A program made the position numbers and the translations under genes. Positions 49,961 to 64,000 of a stretch of DNA of 64,000 bases are shown piece after piece. Under the pieces are notes generated by a model, which ran no database searches, was not told the DNA's origin, and worked only from the letters and a program-made list of their open reading frames with translations. Every line of letters starts with the position of its first letter. Within the stretch, counting starts at the first letter, position 1. The DNA comes from Raillietiella orientalis (taxonomy: Eukaryota): assembly GCA_036172245.1 (NCBI GenBank), contig JAYWIR010000033.1, positions 806,001 to 870,000 on the forward strand. The letters run 5' to 3'.

Positions 49961-51096
49961 ATTTCATACATATTGACTTCGTCTATCACATTATTTGAAT
50001 CTCTTTTTTTCGTACCTTTCATGAAAACGAGCCCCACCCCACCCTACTGCATATTCATCTCAGCAATCTCTTTAGATGATGCATTCATCCACGAGGATAG
50101 ATTTCCGTGTCATGAACCTACGAAGTCGTAACTAAGAATTTCTCGACTCTCTTCCGGGGTTCTTTTTTGGGGTTGTCATGAGCGTAGTGAATAGTGGAAT
50201 GATTTCCTGGATTCTAACGAAGAATCGCCTCTGACAAAAAGGCTTTCATTGATATATACTCCTCATGCTTTGCATGATTTTGTCTTCTGAAAAATCAAAG
50301 CCAGGCCGAAAGATCAAAGATCTGATGATCCACCGTCCACAACAGTGTAGCAGTACAACTAGATCACTCGGCAGTTGAAGATTTGATTGTCTTTGTCTTA
50401 TTCATGTAGTCCACGATTAGCATTTTCCATTCACTTGTAGATTGATGCTTTTTACAAACTTGGAAGTTTTGGAAGCTTTCCTTGATAAACCGATAATATT
50501 TTCTGATAGAATTTCGTCAAAGGGCATATAACATCCATTACGGCGAAAATAAAAATGCCTTTCGTTCGACTAAGGAAAAAAGTCCCGTTTTCTTCATTAT
50601 TATATAAGGTTCTCATCGTGCCGTCCTAAGCTTTCTCCTCGTTGATGATAATTTGGTTGCCAATCAGCATTCCAATATTTTCCGCCAAGGTTTGATTTTC
50701 TCAGCTTCTTTACTTCTCTTGAGATTGTATTCTGCATTTAATAGATTCTCTTTGCATTCATTTCCAAGATTTAGATTTTTAAAAATTTGGTTGCCTTTTC
50801 CGAATCCAACTCCCGTTTCAAAGCCTTCTCTTTCTAATGTTGGAAAATCATTCACTGATCTTGAGAATGGAAGATAGCGATCGAGAAATTATGCGATGTT
50901 ATTGTTGAAAAAATTAGACTACACCTTGCTATGAAGAACAGGATAATGTAAACCCCCCATCATTAATAAACGAACAAAAGTTCTCAATCTTCTGGTTCTC
51001 TAGAGTGTTTTTTTATTTTGTAATACGCAATTTTCATTAAGGTATCTTATTCTGCTAACTTGAGCACTTTTCTCAAGTTGTTAGAATAGCAACTCT

Positions 51097-51149
51097 TAAT
51101 AGTATGAAGTAATAGTATGAATTAATAGTATAAATCTTAATAGTATGAA
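51097..51149. repeat. Short tandem repeat, 4 copies of TAATAGTAT(G/A)AA
   Basis: Seen directly. Confidence 0.7.
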
Positions 51150-51865
51150 TCTCTGTGAAGGTTTTGTTAAAAAAAAAAAAAAAAGTTGTTGACAGCAAAA
51201 TTACCCACTGCCTGTCGGACATGCGTCAAATTGCGGTCATATCTGGAGTCTGTGAAAAAATCCGTGAACGGTAATACTTTCCCAAAGGTTTTAAAGTTCT
51301 CATATATTCACTCTTTGCAACTGATTTCAAGTGCCATCTTTCACTGTCCTTTTCTATAGAGAAAATTTTTACTTCTTAAGAAGTAAGGGTATGAACTCAA
51401 CGATGCAAACTTCCAATTGAATTTCTCCTACGTAATTTCTACGTAATGCTTTTGATTTATCTTGAATAATAAGAAACTTCGTTATCATAATTTACATCAC
51501 TCTGTATTCGATAGCGGTCCACCAATTACTGATTTATTTCGTTATCAATTTAGTTTGCTTGCAGGGGATTTATCTGATAATGTTGTGAATGTTTATTTTA
51601 CTTCAAGAGTTCCCCATCTTTGTGAATTATGAAACACATACACACAACGATCTGTTGCTTGTAAATACATAACAAATAATTTTTTGTGTTTCAGAGAGAA
51701 ACAGCTTTGTGATGATTTATAAATACGCAGATTTCTTTTCAGAAGTATATGATGGAGTATATGTATTTTTTTTGGTTATTTTTACTTGCTGCAACTTGGG
51801 ATCCCTGCAAAAGTAAAAACGCATTTAAAGTAGTGAAGCTTATGTAGGTTACGTGCTTTTCGAGC

Positions 51866-52639
51866 ATGCCGTCCCGTGGTCCGGTATATCAGCCAACTAC
51901 AGTTGGTTATGATGCTCAAGAGGCTTGGAAATTGAAGTACTTTCAAACATTCCAAAGTAGAAATAGATTTCGGTACATTTCAACCTATGCTTTCATTAGT
52001 TTTGGCCTGGCCTTTGTAGTAATTGGAGTGTGTGTAATCACTGTAGGGATTATTTATATTTCAAGTAATAGTGAGTCAGTTGAACATACGAACACAGTAG
52101 GTGATGAAGTAGATAAACTTTCAAATGATACGGTCTCCAGTGATTCTAAAGTACAAAGTGACATTACCGTTCACGGTTTGAATAGTAGTACAGTTCTCAT
52201 TGTTATTGGAATCCTTATAACATTATTAGGTATCCTGTCTTTAATCGTTGCACTGTATACCCGGGGGTATACAAAGATGTGGTGTCCATGTTCGAGGAAA
52301 TTAAATTTTTCCAAACATTTACATGAAAGCCAGGTAACGAAGTTTTTCCCTTGTGTACATCTAACAAGTTCCTCCAGAGCATTACTGTGAGCAATGCTGG
52401 CAGCGTTGATGCCCCCCAGTTTGCAACCAATGTAGATAACACTTTAGCCAGAGAAGAGTGTCACAAACTTATGGATGGAGAAAGACTGGAAGCTGCGTAA
52501 GTTTCCATCTTTGTTGTTACATCAGCTTTCTTGTGGAGGGCTGATTTACATGAATGTTTTTAGTTTAGAGGATGATACCGAACACATTCTTGGTGCTACT
52601 ACCAAAGTTATTCTGAAGCCTATAGAAACCCAAAAGTAA
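51866..52639 (+). CDS. Uncharacterised two-transmembrane protein, ~220 aa. Exons 51866-52333, ~52369/52378-52496, ~52564-52639
   Basis: Long ORF with two hydrophobic helices (YAFISFGLAFVVIGVCVITVGIIYI; VLIVIGILITLLGILSLIVALY). Short GT-AG introns in phase; AATAAA near 52843. Confidence 0.75.
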
Positions 52640-52907
52640 TGCTTGAAACCTGGTGGAAGTTGTAATGAAAATACATAAGTTTCTTATGAGTCTTCCTGTT
52701 GAAAACAATCAAAATTATTTAAATTTTACATGCTGTTTTCAGTTTATCAGCTTAATGTGTAACTTGTGGCTTTACTTTTCCGATGAAATCACGTTTCTGA
52801 AAATCAAATACTTTCATAAAATAAGCTGTACAGAATGTTGTAAATAAAATGTAAGAATTGAAAAACCCTGATTTCATATTGCATTAATTTTTAATATAAG
52901 ACTTTCT

Positions 52908-55900
52908 TCACTGTTTCTCTGTTACATACATAAGGTTGGTAATTCTGATTAAACCTTCTATGGAACCAGTTAAGCAAACAATAGAACTATTTTCAGAGTA
53001 CCAGTCTGCAGAAGACACAAGCATGGACATTTTCAAAGACTGCAAATGCTCAGCTTTATCCGAATACAACTAAAATTCAATTTGCTTGAATGGATTAAAT
53101 TTCAAACCTTACTTTGTAAATGCTCCCACCATTTGATGAAGCAGTCAGCATGAGGTTGTTCTCATTATTGACAACAAACTTTTGCCCAAAAAAACATAAG
53201 GGAATTTGAAATACTTCAGAAAGGGCGGTCTCCCATAATTTCTGTCCTGTAATAGTCATATTCCAACAGCAAAACTACATTGGAATTTAGCATTTTTAAT
53301 TAATTACATTTGTGCATCCTTGCTTACTGTTGCATCACCAGCCAAAGAATAACAACATGTCTGCAAGGCATTTAGCTGCACATTCAAAACAGATGCATGA
53401 TGTGCGAGCCAAGATATAATGCAGCATTTCTTATGTGAATCATATATACGAATCCAACCATCTTCAGCTCCTGTTAGCAATAGTTTCCCATTATGATTGA
53501 AGCAAGAACACATTACCACTGAAGACAGTGTTTCACAAAAGTCCAGTACCTTGACAATTCTATGCATTATGCCATTTATTTTTGACAATGTATGCATTAC
53601 CTCTGTTTGGTTGCATGTTAAATCAATAATCAATAGCTTTCCTTTATCTTTGCAATCTTTATTAGCAGAATCTATGGAACAAATAATAATTGGATCAATA
53701 GGACTGCATTTCAAATTCATTAGCCTACAAATGCATTGTTTAAAAACTATTTTAATATTTGTATACAATTACTTCGAATTCGTAAACAGCATCTGTGCAT
53801 CGGGATTAATTCTTTTTATGATAGCTTTTTGTTTCACGTCATGCAAATGAATATTTCCTAAGGAGGTTCCATACACTAACATATGAGGATGCTGATTCCA
53901 CCATTCCAATGCAACTATAGCTGACTTGCAATCAATATTTTCTACAACTCTACGTCAATTCGAAAACTTAATTCTGAAAAAAGTCTCCTACTTATACAAT
54001 GGCTTCATATCCCATATTTTTAATAAGCCTTCTGAATCTGCAGTTGCAAATTGGATACCACTGAAGGAATCAAATTTACAACACGTGATGGGTGCTTTGT
54101 GTTCCTGAAATTCTTCCTAGAAGGAAGACGGTACTTCCAATCCTCTGATATACTTACACTTGCAAGAACTGCTAAATGTGCTTCTTCAGCCTTTCCTTTT
54201 TCCTCAGTTATCATGTCCTGTACAGACATATTGATGAATGAATTTCTTAATCTTTCTGAAGAAAGTTGCTTTTATATTCAAATGATTCAAAATATACATA
54301 CATACCACCATGCAAAAGTTTTTCCAACGTATCCGTTGTTTTCTTTTTGGGCTCATTTTTGTGTGAAGTGGCAATCTGAGAATTTTGCTTCTTGCCTTCA
54401 TTAAGCATATGCATAACAACGAAAAATTTCAGTCACATATACCTTCCTGCTTGCGCTGTGACACAGATTGCACTCCCCCAATTGAATAATTACTACTTTT
54501 ATTTCCACTCAGACTTTTGAGTAAGCTTTTTAAGGATTTTGACTGTGCTTCAACCTGAGGTACTTCCCTGCAAAAATTTATTTCTGGTTAATCAATGGCA
54601 CTATATTACCAACATTATCATCTATAACATGGGCTGAAAGATGGATCATGATGAAACATGAATCTAACACGTATACTTTCTCAAATAAGGTCATACACAT
54701 AAAAAATATACCTTCCTGCTAGTGTTGTGGCACTAATTGCAATCCCTAATTGAATAATTACTACTTTTGTTTCCACTCAGACTTTTAAGGGTTTAGACTG
54801 GGTTCGTACATGTAGAAAAATGCCGAACATTTTGAAGTTTCAATGCATACTTAAGGCAGATTTTTACGATAATTTGCATTTCTGATGTTTAATTAATTTA
54901 ATGGATATTTATCATAGAAGGCGATAAAAATGATAAAAGAAGGCAAATCTCAATGAACATCAGGATTTAATTCATGTCAACAACCATTAACCGTAAAACC
55001 ATGCAAATTGAATTTGTACCACCAAAACTTATGATTGCTGATTCCTCAACCTCGAAAAAACCTGCTTTTGGCACAAGACGTGAATCGCAAATGAAAAAAT
55101 ATTCTATGGAAATCACAAATGAATGCTTTATTACAAGCATGCTAACATGAAATATTTTCATTCATTTCATAGAATTCAATAAGAGAATGCTACTTGCACT
55201 TCACATTCATGTTTGCACGATTTATAACAGTAAAAATAAATGCGAGAATTCTGGAAACTGATTTCTCACTAAGCTTGAGTTTTCACTACAGTTTCAGCTA
55301 ACTAAGCAGAAAATTTGCCTGCCTTCGGTTTGGATAAAAATCATCCATGCACTACAGAAAATCAAACTGGAAATATAAAATTAGTCGATAAATCTCCCCA
55401 AACTTACAGTAAAGCAACAGTCTTTAGAGTTAACTTTTGAGCTAAGAACAGTGAAAACCACCTACTGACTATCCAATATATAAATTCTTCATTCAAGTAA
55501 TTTTGCTGCCATATACTGATTGCTTAATCTTAAAAAAATAACCTTTTCTTTGTAAATGATTCTTATTCTTTTCCAAAAGAATACAGTGGTACACTTTATT
55601 TGAATTCTTTAACTTTTGGATTTGTTTTTCATTACCATTATAGAAACGTTTCTGATAACTTTCACATTTACAAAGGAATTCCTTGCATTCCAAATTCAGA
55701 AACTAATAATATAAAACCACATACAAAATTTGTGAAAACGATCATGTAAAAAGTATGTATGTATTTGCAAAATGTTCCATGGAAAGTTCACACTTTCTTC
55801 CATCTTAACGTTTAGGTTTAACACCAGTTTTAAACAAAAAAAACGCAAGAATACGCGCTTTTACTTCATTACAATTAACAATACAAGTTTTTATTTTATT

Positions 55901-58900
55901 TGCATTGCTTTTGAAGGTTCAGAAGGTTATTAGGAAGTGGTGGCATGCTTTTTCGATTTAATTTTATCTATACAACAGCTTACAAATAGTTTCACAAGTT
56001 CACTTTGAATGAATATTAGAATCCCAATCTACAATTTAATAAAATAAGGTGAAACATCGAGGAAACTGGAAATTTTCTGATGTATGCAATTACAAAACTA
56101 CATAAATTAAAACTGTTGATAAAGTTCCAAAATGGAAATTCGATTAATTACTTTGGAAAACATTCATGTGTAGATTATCTCCTATAAGTGACTGATGGGA
56201 CTAAAATCATCCTTCATTCAATTAGTCTGCAAATATTCTGAAATATCAATGAAATGAAGACAATGAAGTGATATGCGACTAGAATTTTTTGAAGTATGCA
56301 ACCTTTTGTTAGTAGGTTTAAACCAAGTTAGAGTCCTTCTGATAGGGTGTTTTGCTTGGTCCAATGCAACATTTCCACATTTCATCCATGATGTGAAAAA
56401 AGGATATGTGTAAGTGAAAGAAACATGTAGAATGCCAATGCACTTGTGAAGACAAAACTAATTAATAACAAATAATTAATAAGAGGTACAATTAAGGAGA
56501 AATGGTTTCAAAATAAAATCAGCAAAAACAAAAAAAAAAATTCTTTAAAAGTAAAATTTGCGATCATTGAGCATTGTGAACAGAGAACGATTAGATAATT
56601 TAAATATAAAAACAAATAAACAAACAAACAAAAGATAAAACAAAAACGACAAGTCTCCTGAAATATTCAAAAGCAATTTACATAATATAGAACTGATTAA
56701 CAGTATAAAGGATGAGATCGTGCTTTAATAATTTAATAAATGAGTTGTGCCTGTGAGAGAAGGAGGCAAAGAATGTGCACAGTCAAGTAGTGCAAGATTT
56801 TAAAACAAATACTTTACCAGTTGCAAAGGTCATTATTTCAAAATATCCAAAGTGAATATACATACTGATCAATATTAAAAGTGAAAACCTTCTTAGTTTA
56901 TTACTGCTTCATGAAATATAGGAAAAATATGCAAGGAGTAATGCAATTATATGGACAGAATATTAGGAGACATGAAAATTCCTTCAGCTTTCTTCTTTGA
57001 GTAATTTGACAGCAAGATCAGTTCTAGATATTTAAATAAATAATCAAACATACAAACTTTCTGAGAAGAACGTTTGCTACAGAGTAAGCAATAACTGTTG
57101 CTTGACTATGTCTTTACTTGTTTAAATTATTATTATTTTACTTACGTAGCGAGAACATTGAAATCATCCATAATTTCAGGCAAATGATTGGAATAATTAA
57201 TGTCATCCATTGATCCGTCAGGGTGCAATAAATTTAGTTTAATCAACTTTGCCTTCAGTTTCTCATTTTCTTCTTTCAGTTTTTCAATAATAGAAATCTC
57301 TTCTTGAAACGAATTTAATATAGGTAAACGCAGATTCTGAAATAATTGTTCAAATGTGTAACAAATTACCCAACTTGCCTTCTCATACTTGAAAAACAAT
57401 CCCAAGTAAATTCTGCATGGAAATTAATACAGAATCTTGCCAATGTCGTGTGAAATAAACAGAAAACACTGTGTGTTCCTCAATATTCTGAAGGTAGGGG
57501 AATGCTAACCATAAGAATAATGAAAAACCCAGGTCAAATTGTATTTACAAAATACAATTCCATCATTAAGCAAGCATGCTCCCCCCCCCCCCCACCAAGC
57601 AACAGGCACCCCAATATGGTTACCATAACCTACTACACTACAATGAAAACATGATTTTGGAATAATCTGATAAAAGACCTAATATAAAAACTCGAATTTA
57701 TGAGCCCTCACATACGAAACTTTCAAAAACAATTAAAGAATGAAATAGGTTCGAAAAAAAGAATGAGGCTTGAAAAAAAAAAAACATGTAGGAATATGTG
57801 AATGCAGTTCATCATTCTAGAGCATGCACTGAGAGATCTGCCCCTCTAAGGAAACAGGGACCTTAGACAATGTTAATAGCTATACTTGTTGAATGTCATC
57901 CAAGTAAAAGCAATGCAAGCATTTTATATAGCAGGACTAAAGGTACTCTGAGTGTGGCACTTTAATTCCAAAATCTAAACAATGATGCAAAGTTCTAAAA
58001 TTTTTGGGGTCATCTTCATGAGTTAGAACTTTGTCTAACTTAAAACCTTGCTGCAACTTTTGTCCTATACATTTGTGTCATACTGTAAAGTTTTATTGTT
58101 TTCATTCCCTCAATTTCCAGAATTCACAGATACAGTGTGCCTCTCCAGAATGAATTCAATAATTGGGGATATGCTAATTCACATTTGCTCTGCTACCCTA
58201 TTTAGAGGTTTCCAAAGTAATGATATGATAAACCTTGAGATTATATTAAGGAAAAGACCAATAATACCTTAATTTGCGAATGTTTTAGAAGTTAAAACCA
58301 GATTCATTCAAATAACATTAAAACCTGAATGGCCATTACCAATGGAGTAGGAAACTTTAACACAAAAATAAATGCATCTTCAAAGGATGTGAATACTGAG
58401 GGGAAAACTCTCAAAAGCATTAAAAGCCTTGAAATTTTTGTTTTAATAAGGCGTTCAAGATAAAACATGAATTAATTGATTTAAGCAGAAAAGTCATAAC
58501 AAAATCTTCTACATAATCTGGAATTGACAACCATGCTTTTTTTTAATTCCTTTACTTGAAATCTAATTTTTTCATCGAATTTTTTAAAACATAAGATGCA
58601 TAAACTAAAATGTAAACATTTGGAAAAAAGATATTTAGCTATGCAATAATTAATGCTATTTAATGTGTACAAATCACTGATAATACTATATCATTGCAAT
58701 TAATCTTAAAAATTAAGATTTTTCCAAGATGAGCAATAATTTGAAAGATTACCAAACCAATCCTTCCATTCTGATGAATCTTGAAGCTCAGGTGTAAGCT
58801 TTTGAAAAAATTCAACGATTTTTTCGGATTTGGTATGAACATATGCATTAATCAAATACATTTTATAAAGGGAATACTCCAATTTCTGAAGAGCTAAAAA

Positions 58901-60852
58901 CAGAGCTTATAAGATATACTGCCATAAAAATCCATTACACATAACATAAACATTGCATATTTTGAATCACTACTGTTTTTGAAATTTAAAGGAATTCTGA
59001 AATCTTTACATTTCAAGTTCAAAAGCAATACATGAGGAATTCGGTATATGACATTAACTTATAAGTAATGCAAGACAAAGTAATAAGGTACATTTGGAAA
59101 ATTTACTTGAACACAAATTTTGGCAAACATTCCAGCCTTGTTACATTTGGACAATTTTATGAAAACACAAGAACCCATTGCTTTGTTATCAATCATTCTG
59201 AATTGCCATTTGTTCCTGCTTCATTTACCGAAAACCTCAAAACACCTATGAAATGTTTTATGCTTTTGTTGAAGCTGAAAAACCAAGCATGCACCATATA
59301 AATGCATAACCCATTAAAAAAAGAGACTGTCACCTTTTCCATTTTTTTTCATGTCCGTGATTCAACTTTTGAAGTCTTTACATAACTAAGCAATAATAAA
59401 TAACAAATGGAAAATCCACAAATGCAAGTAATTGTAACCTACAACTACTTCTGATTATTCTCAGAAATGACACAAGTTTTAATAAATGAAATAAGGATTG
59501 AAACCCTGATTGTCAATATGATAGTAAAAAACATTCTGCTGTGACAGAAGCATTATAATCTAATCATAAAAACAGTGCTACTGAAAGTCACAAAGTATCT
59601 ATCATAAGGCTATCATAAGGCTACACAAAGTATGATTCAGAAATCTGTCGATCATGCCCGCTAATTTAATGTAATTTTGCAAAAACTGTCAATAAAATCA
59701 AGAACAGAAACACTGAATAACATCCATCCACTCTACAATGTGTAAGAATCAATTGTTCAACAAAAACAAATAGAAAAATCAAACTTCAGTAAATTTGAAA
59801 ACCTCAAAAATCCACCAGTTAACAAGGCAAAATCTAATCTAATGCTCCAAACTCGAACAATCCATGGTTATGCAAAGTACAGATGTTTCACAAAAAACGC
59901 TAGTAGCAATTTCAGAAATTTTTAAAAGTGGGAAATTGAGTGCATTAACTTAAAAAACTTAAACTTCAAATGTACAAATATGAAAAACTGATACCTGGAG
60001 CTAAACTATTCTCAGCAAAAGGAAATACTTTGATTTCCAAATGATTCCATAAATCCTTTAATTTGGATAAATCAAACGTAGATATGTAGGAAAATAGCTG
60101 CTCACATACCCTCTCAACCTAAAATGAAATTTATAAACCCTTTCTGGGTCGAAAATTGTGCATCCAAACTACTACTTATATATCAACTTCAAAAGAAACA
60201 GATCAGGTATAACATGAATCAAAAAAAACACGCCTTAAATTTATGACAATCAAATTATTCTCATGATTTTTGTCCGTTTAATTTAATTATGAAACCAAAA
60301 GTTGACTAATTCACGCACCTAAATGTGCTACTCTGTACGTTTGAATAATTATTTTAAAATGACTCGTTAATTACACCATATGATACAATCAAAGCAGCAA
60401 CAATGCTGAATTTTACTGTAGATTTTAGAAATGCAAAAACGGTATCTAAACATTCGCATCTTTATATATATCTAAATGTTCAGAAAAAGTGATAGAATAT
60501 GCAGAAGGCTTAGGACTGTGCTAATTCTTGCTGCACAAAATATCCACGAGGCACTATAAACTTATGGATCATTACTTAGGAAAGCTAAGTTGCGTAATTA
60601 CGGAGCAATAACTAGAAATCTAGAAATCAAAAGTACGCAAAACAATGATAAACAGCATTTTTGCAACTTGAGAATTACGAATTTGACTATATTTATTCAA
60701 GAAGGCATAAGTTGCACAAGAACTTCATTTACCCGAAAGCTGCATGCTTTGTCGGACTTCAGTTCGTCTTCAAATACTCTCAAAGTCATTTTAAAACCTC
60801 TAAAAAATAAGTAGTCACGAATATAGTCGTCTATAATACTGAAATGACACAT
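52908..60852 (-). CDS. WDR91: WD repeat-containing protein 91 (LisH-like N-terminus plus WD40), multi-exon
   Basis: IDDYIRDYLFFRGFKMTLRVFEDELKSDK..FR|VERV.EQL, LQKLEYSLYKMYL...EWKDWF, YFTRHWQDSVLISMQN, HKAPITCCKF, FNHNGKLLLTGAEDGWIRIYD, CLTGSIEG.IRIT.L...* at 52908. Confidence 0.92.
54706..54800 (-). repeat. Decayed tandem duplicate of the 3' half and donor of the WDR91 exon at 54442-54568
   Basis: 54706-54788 closely matches 54437-54519 (ATACCTTCCTGCT...AATTGAATAATTACTACTTTT.TTTCCACTCAGACTTTT). Confidence 0.85.
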
Positions 60853-61629
60853 GGCAGGAGCCTTTGACAGTTCTGTCAACCCATGATCAAGCAAAAACCT
60901 GGAGTATGATAGCGTTACCTCCCTACACATCCAAGCTGTCTAGTAGTACATGGTCATACTCCAGTTTTTGAAATTTTAACTTGTCCTCTGAACAAAAGCA
61001 TAAATAATTTCATGAATTCAGAAAACAAAAGAAATTATTGACACTTGAAAAATCACATTACTAAGTGCTGACTAATTCCCATATTTTACGAAATAGTATC
61101 CCTGCTTCTCACTTGGAACCTACAAATATTGGTCTACCGATAATGAAACACCAACACTACTTCGTAAAGGTTCCAAAAGTGTTCCAAAAAGTATTGAACA
61201 CCACTCCCGAAAAATAGGTCATGATGAGGTGATCATCTAGCATTCGATTATTTGTGAGGAAACAGTTACTGATAAGGACACATTCCTTGGACATGGAAGG
61301 AATCAGTACATAACCTGGAAAACAAAAAGGATGCATAGATATCAGAGACAACCACATACGTTGCATTCCCTCGTTAGCTCAACTTAGAATCGAAAATTTA
61401 TTTTGAAAAATGAGCCTCATATAAGCAGATTCAAGGCTTTCAGACTTTCATAAAAGGCGCTCTCTTGAACATCCCATACATATGATGCCTTCCGTGAATC
61501 TCACCCATTGACGAAGATTCCTCATCTCATGATTTTCATTAAATTCTATGTGCCCATACAGTTAAATGTTTGTAGTGCTGGAATCAGTGCATTTTTATTT
61601 GCCAATTGGTTCACAAGTTACAGCAGCTC

Positions 61630-62520
61630 ATTTTCATATCTCGTTAACCTAAATAATTTCCAGAAATTCAGTAATTTTCTCAATTTTGCAATTGGGAAAA
61701 TTTACCTACACTCTGAACACATAGCAACTTTAGCACACATAAAAAAAAAAAAAACATTTCAAATTGTTTTTATCAGCGTAGAATCATTTTTGTTTTTACC
61801 AAGGACGGGAGTTTGATTAGTAGCATCTTCAGCACATCAAGAGAAATTCCATTCATCCATGTTACAGTATGTGAAGCTAAATATGAATCATTAACTTATA
61901 TTTGCCTTCACATTATGCAGGAGATACCCTGAAATGGTATTCTATGGCTTGTAGATTATAAGAACAGTTCCCTTTATCATGAAATTTTGATGCATTTTCA
62001 ACTCTGTTTTACTATTTCGTATCAGAAAATAATTGCAATATTTCTTCTGACTGGTAACGTTGCAAGAAGGTCATCATTGTGTACGGTACTAATGTTCCAT
62101 GTGGGTCTCAAGTTTTCTTCTGCCGCTCATATAATTTCTCGAGTCTAGTTGCAATGTTTCACCCTTAATGCTATTCTTTAATACTGATCTATTCTAATTT
62201 ACTCTGTGAATAGGCTTTTCAATAGAAATACTATATTGACTGATGTTCTCGATTTAAATTCCTTTCCAATTATATTCGACCTGATGGCGTTCATTTTCTT
62301 CGATATTAATTTTCTTGCAGACTCCAGATTTGTTGGAAGAATAGAATGTTCATCCAATAAATGAATTTAAATTGGTTTGAAAATGAAAATCGGAAACAGT
62401 TTTTGGGAAACAGTGAATAATACGATATGTAGATATGGAAATAAATGGATAAAGGCTAAAATTCCGAGCTCACTATAAAGCCCACATATATGGTGTAGAT
62501 CACATTCACTTATATGCTGA
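61630..62520 (-). mobile_element. CR1/L2-like LINE RT fossil between the WDR91 and RPN1 5' ends
   Basis: NF.P (~NYRP), HSILP/SGVCKK (~IL..QSGFRK), CAEDAT (~YADDT), FLEII (~FLGII). Confidence 0.5.
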
Positions 62521-63679
62521 GTGTTTGCTCAACATGGACGTCAGATTTATGACTGTAGAAAATCCCAATCATTCATATATAAATCACGAAAATACCATGC
62601 TCCGAAAACAATTAAAGGATCTAGTGATGCAATTGTCTTCATCCTAAAATTTCGTGACGGGAGATTCCTTCAATTTAGGATAGAGGGAAAGTTGCTGTGC
62701 AACGGTGGCGACATATCAAACTCATTCCAGCCTGCAAGCATGGAAATTAATCTCTAAGAAGTTATCAAAAATGCATCTCAAAAAGGTTTCCAAGGGAAAT
62801 ATTACGAATATGTTCTGTGATCTGGAAACTCGGAACCTATTTTAGCGATTGAGACACGAGCAATACTTTGTTATAGTAATCTTAAAAGAATTAGGTGAAA
62901 TTTATATATTAAATGAATCCATTTACCTTACTACAGAGGCATAATTTCTCTGTCTGTGTACTGTTAATTAATACTTAGCAAATCAGTCTCTTATGTAATG
63001 AATAATAATTTTGTTAATCAGTTCTATAAAATGTATTCTGTTTTCATTGAAGTTCTAATGGTACTAAATGTATGCAAAAATATACCGGATCTCATTCTAC
63101 GTATTCAACTTTGAAGTAACTTGGAATCAGAAATTTATCATATTGTTAAAATGCAATTTAATCCATCTTATATCTCGAGATCTTTGGCTTGCATATCTAA
63201 ATGTTAGAAAGTTGATTTCATCTGGATTTTTTTTACTCCTACAAATACTAAATCTAAATTCAAATGATAGTGCAAACAAATACATAAAGGATTGCAAAAA
63301 AAAAAAAAAACTTATCTTTGTTGGATATAAAGAAATTTTTCCTTCGAATCCTGGAATTATTTTCAATTATGATTATAAATGAAATTGTAATTTTTACATT
63401 TCTCTTCATAATTAAATGTGCCATCGTTTTCGAACGTACGATTAGCGATCTTAATAAAAAGCCTCATGATGCAAATTTCGTCCTTTCCTCTGAAACATAA
63501 AGGAGTCTTTGTTTCTAATTTCTGGAGATTCAAGCTGTGAAGGTTTACTTGAACATGATATGCAGTAATCGAAATGTTAGTGAAATACAAGTGTGAAGAA
63601 ACGACATCTTGTATTTGATACGTGTGCATGCACACATGGAGCTAGATCGGATGATGCACGATACCGATTCTGACCAAAA

Positions 63680-63904
63680 ATGAGAATAGACAATATTTTG
63701 TTCGTGATATATTTGTTTTATGCTTCAGAAACGATAAATTGCGAAATAGAGTTTATCGATGTGCTGAAGGTGATTGACATATCCAGTCAGTTAGCCAAAC
63801 TTTCCTTTGATGTAAAATTTGAAAATACTGGAAAGCAACCAGTGAAATGGCTGCATTTTTTTGGTGTTCCAAACGCTACGGCTGTGTCTTATATTGGAGC
63901 TCAG
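63680..63904 (+). CDS. RPN1: Ribophorin I (oligosaccharyltransferase subunit 1), first coding exon; gene continues beyond the window
   Basis: Signal peptide followed by DVLKVIDISSQLAKLSFDV..EN and VSYIGAQ (~DVKRTVDLSSHLAKVT...LAHLGVQ). GT donor at 63905. Confidence 0.8.
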
Positions 63905-64000
63905 GTAGATAAAATACGAGAGTGAAGTCAGTATTTCATTTGCGTAGGTTTTGTGTTAGATATATTTCATTTTAAGAAATTATGTTTCATTAAATCTAGA

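Noticed and set aside
50300..50860. Lys-rich minus-strand ORF fragments resembling a LINE linker
   Set aside because: No diagnostic motif recognised.
63500..63660. SSDLAPC mariner-like motif on the minus strand upstream of RPN1
   Set aside because: A single short motif without TIR or other ordered motifs.

Overview
Eukaryotic (invertebrate metazoan, probably arthropod-like) genomic DNA with very short introns (about 42-70 nt). There are no prokaryotic features. Spliced genes: AMD1/SAMDC (5'-truncated, +), a candidate unannotated ~110-aa gene (-), a divergent fuzzy/FUZ spread over 3.5-12 kb (+) whose exons appear only as fragments inside unrelated ORF-track entries, GLYR1/N-PAC (-), MGAT4 (-), an uncharacterised 2-TM protein (+), WDR91 (-) and exon 1 of RPN1 (+). 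The gaps are filled with decayed transposons: Jockey/I/CR1-like LINEs, piggyBac, Penelope, Gypsy, hAT, Hsmar1-like mariner and Tc1, plus an ~11 kb nest of Tx1/L1 pieces. Three observations stand out. (1) The window is split into AT-rich, CpG-poor housekeeping-gene blocks and GC/CpG-rich blocks, and a dead mariner in the latter shows strongly one-directional A>G/T>C, CpG-creating decay. (2) A long (~600-900 nt) tRNA-headed SINE-like family has at least 7 pieces, two B-box-like motifs and a conserved CTCF-like motif. (3) A Tx1 family has a covarying 3'-UTR stem-loop, a conserved terminal hairpin after AATAA(A) instead of a long poly(A), and one copy sits inside another L1/Tx1 with a 21-bp TSD. 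All identifications come from motif recognition by eye; no searches were run.
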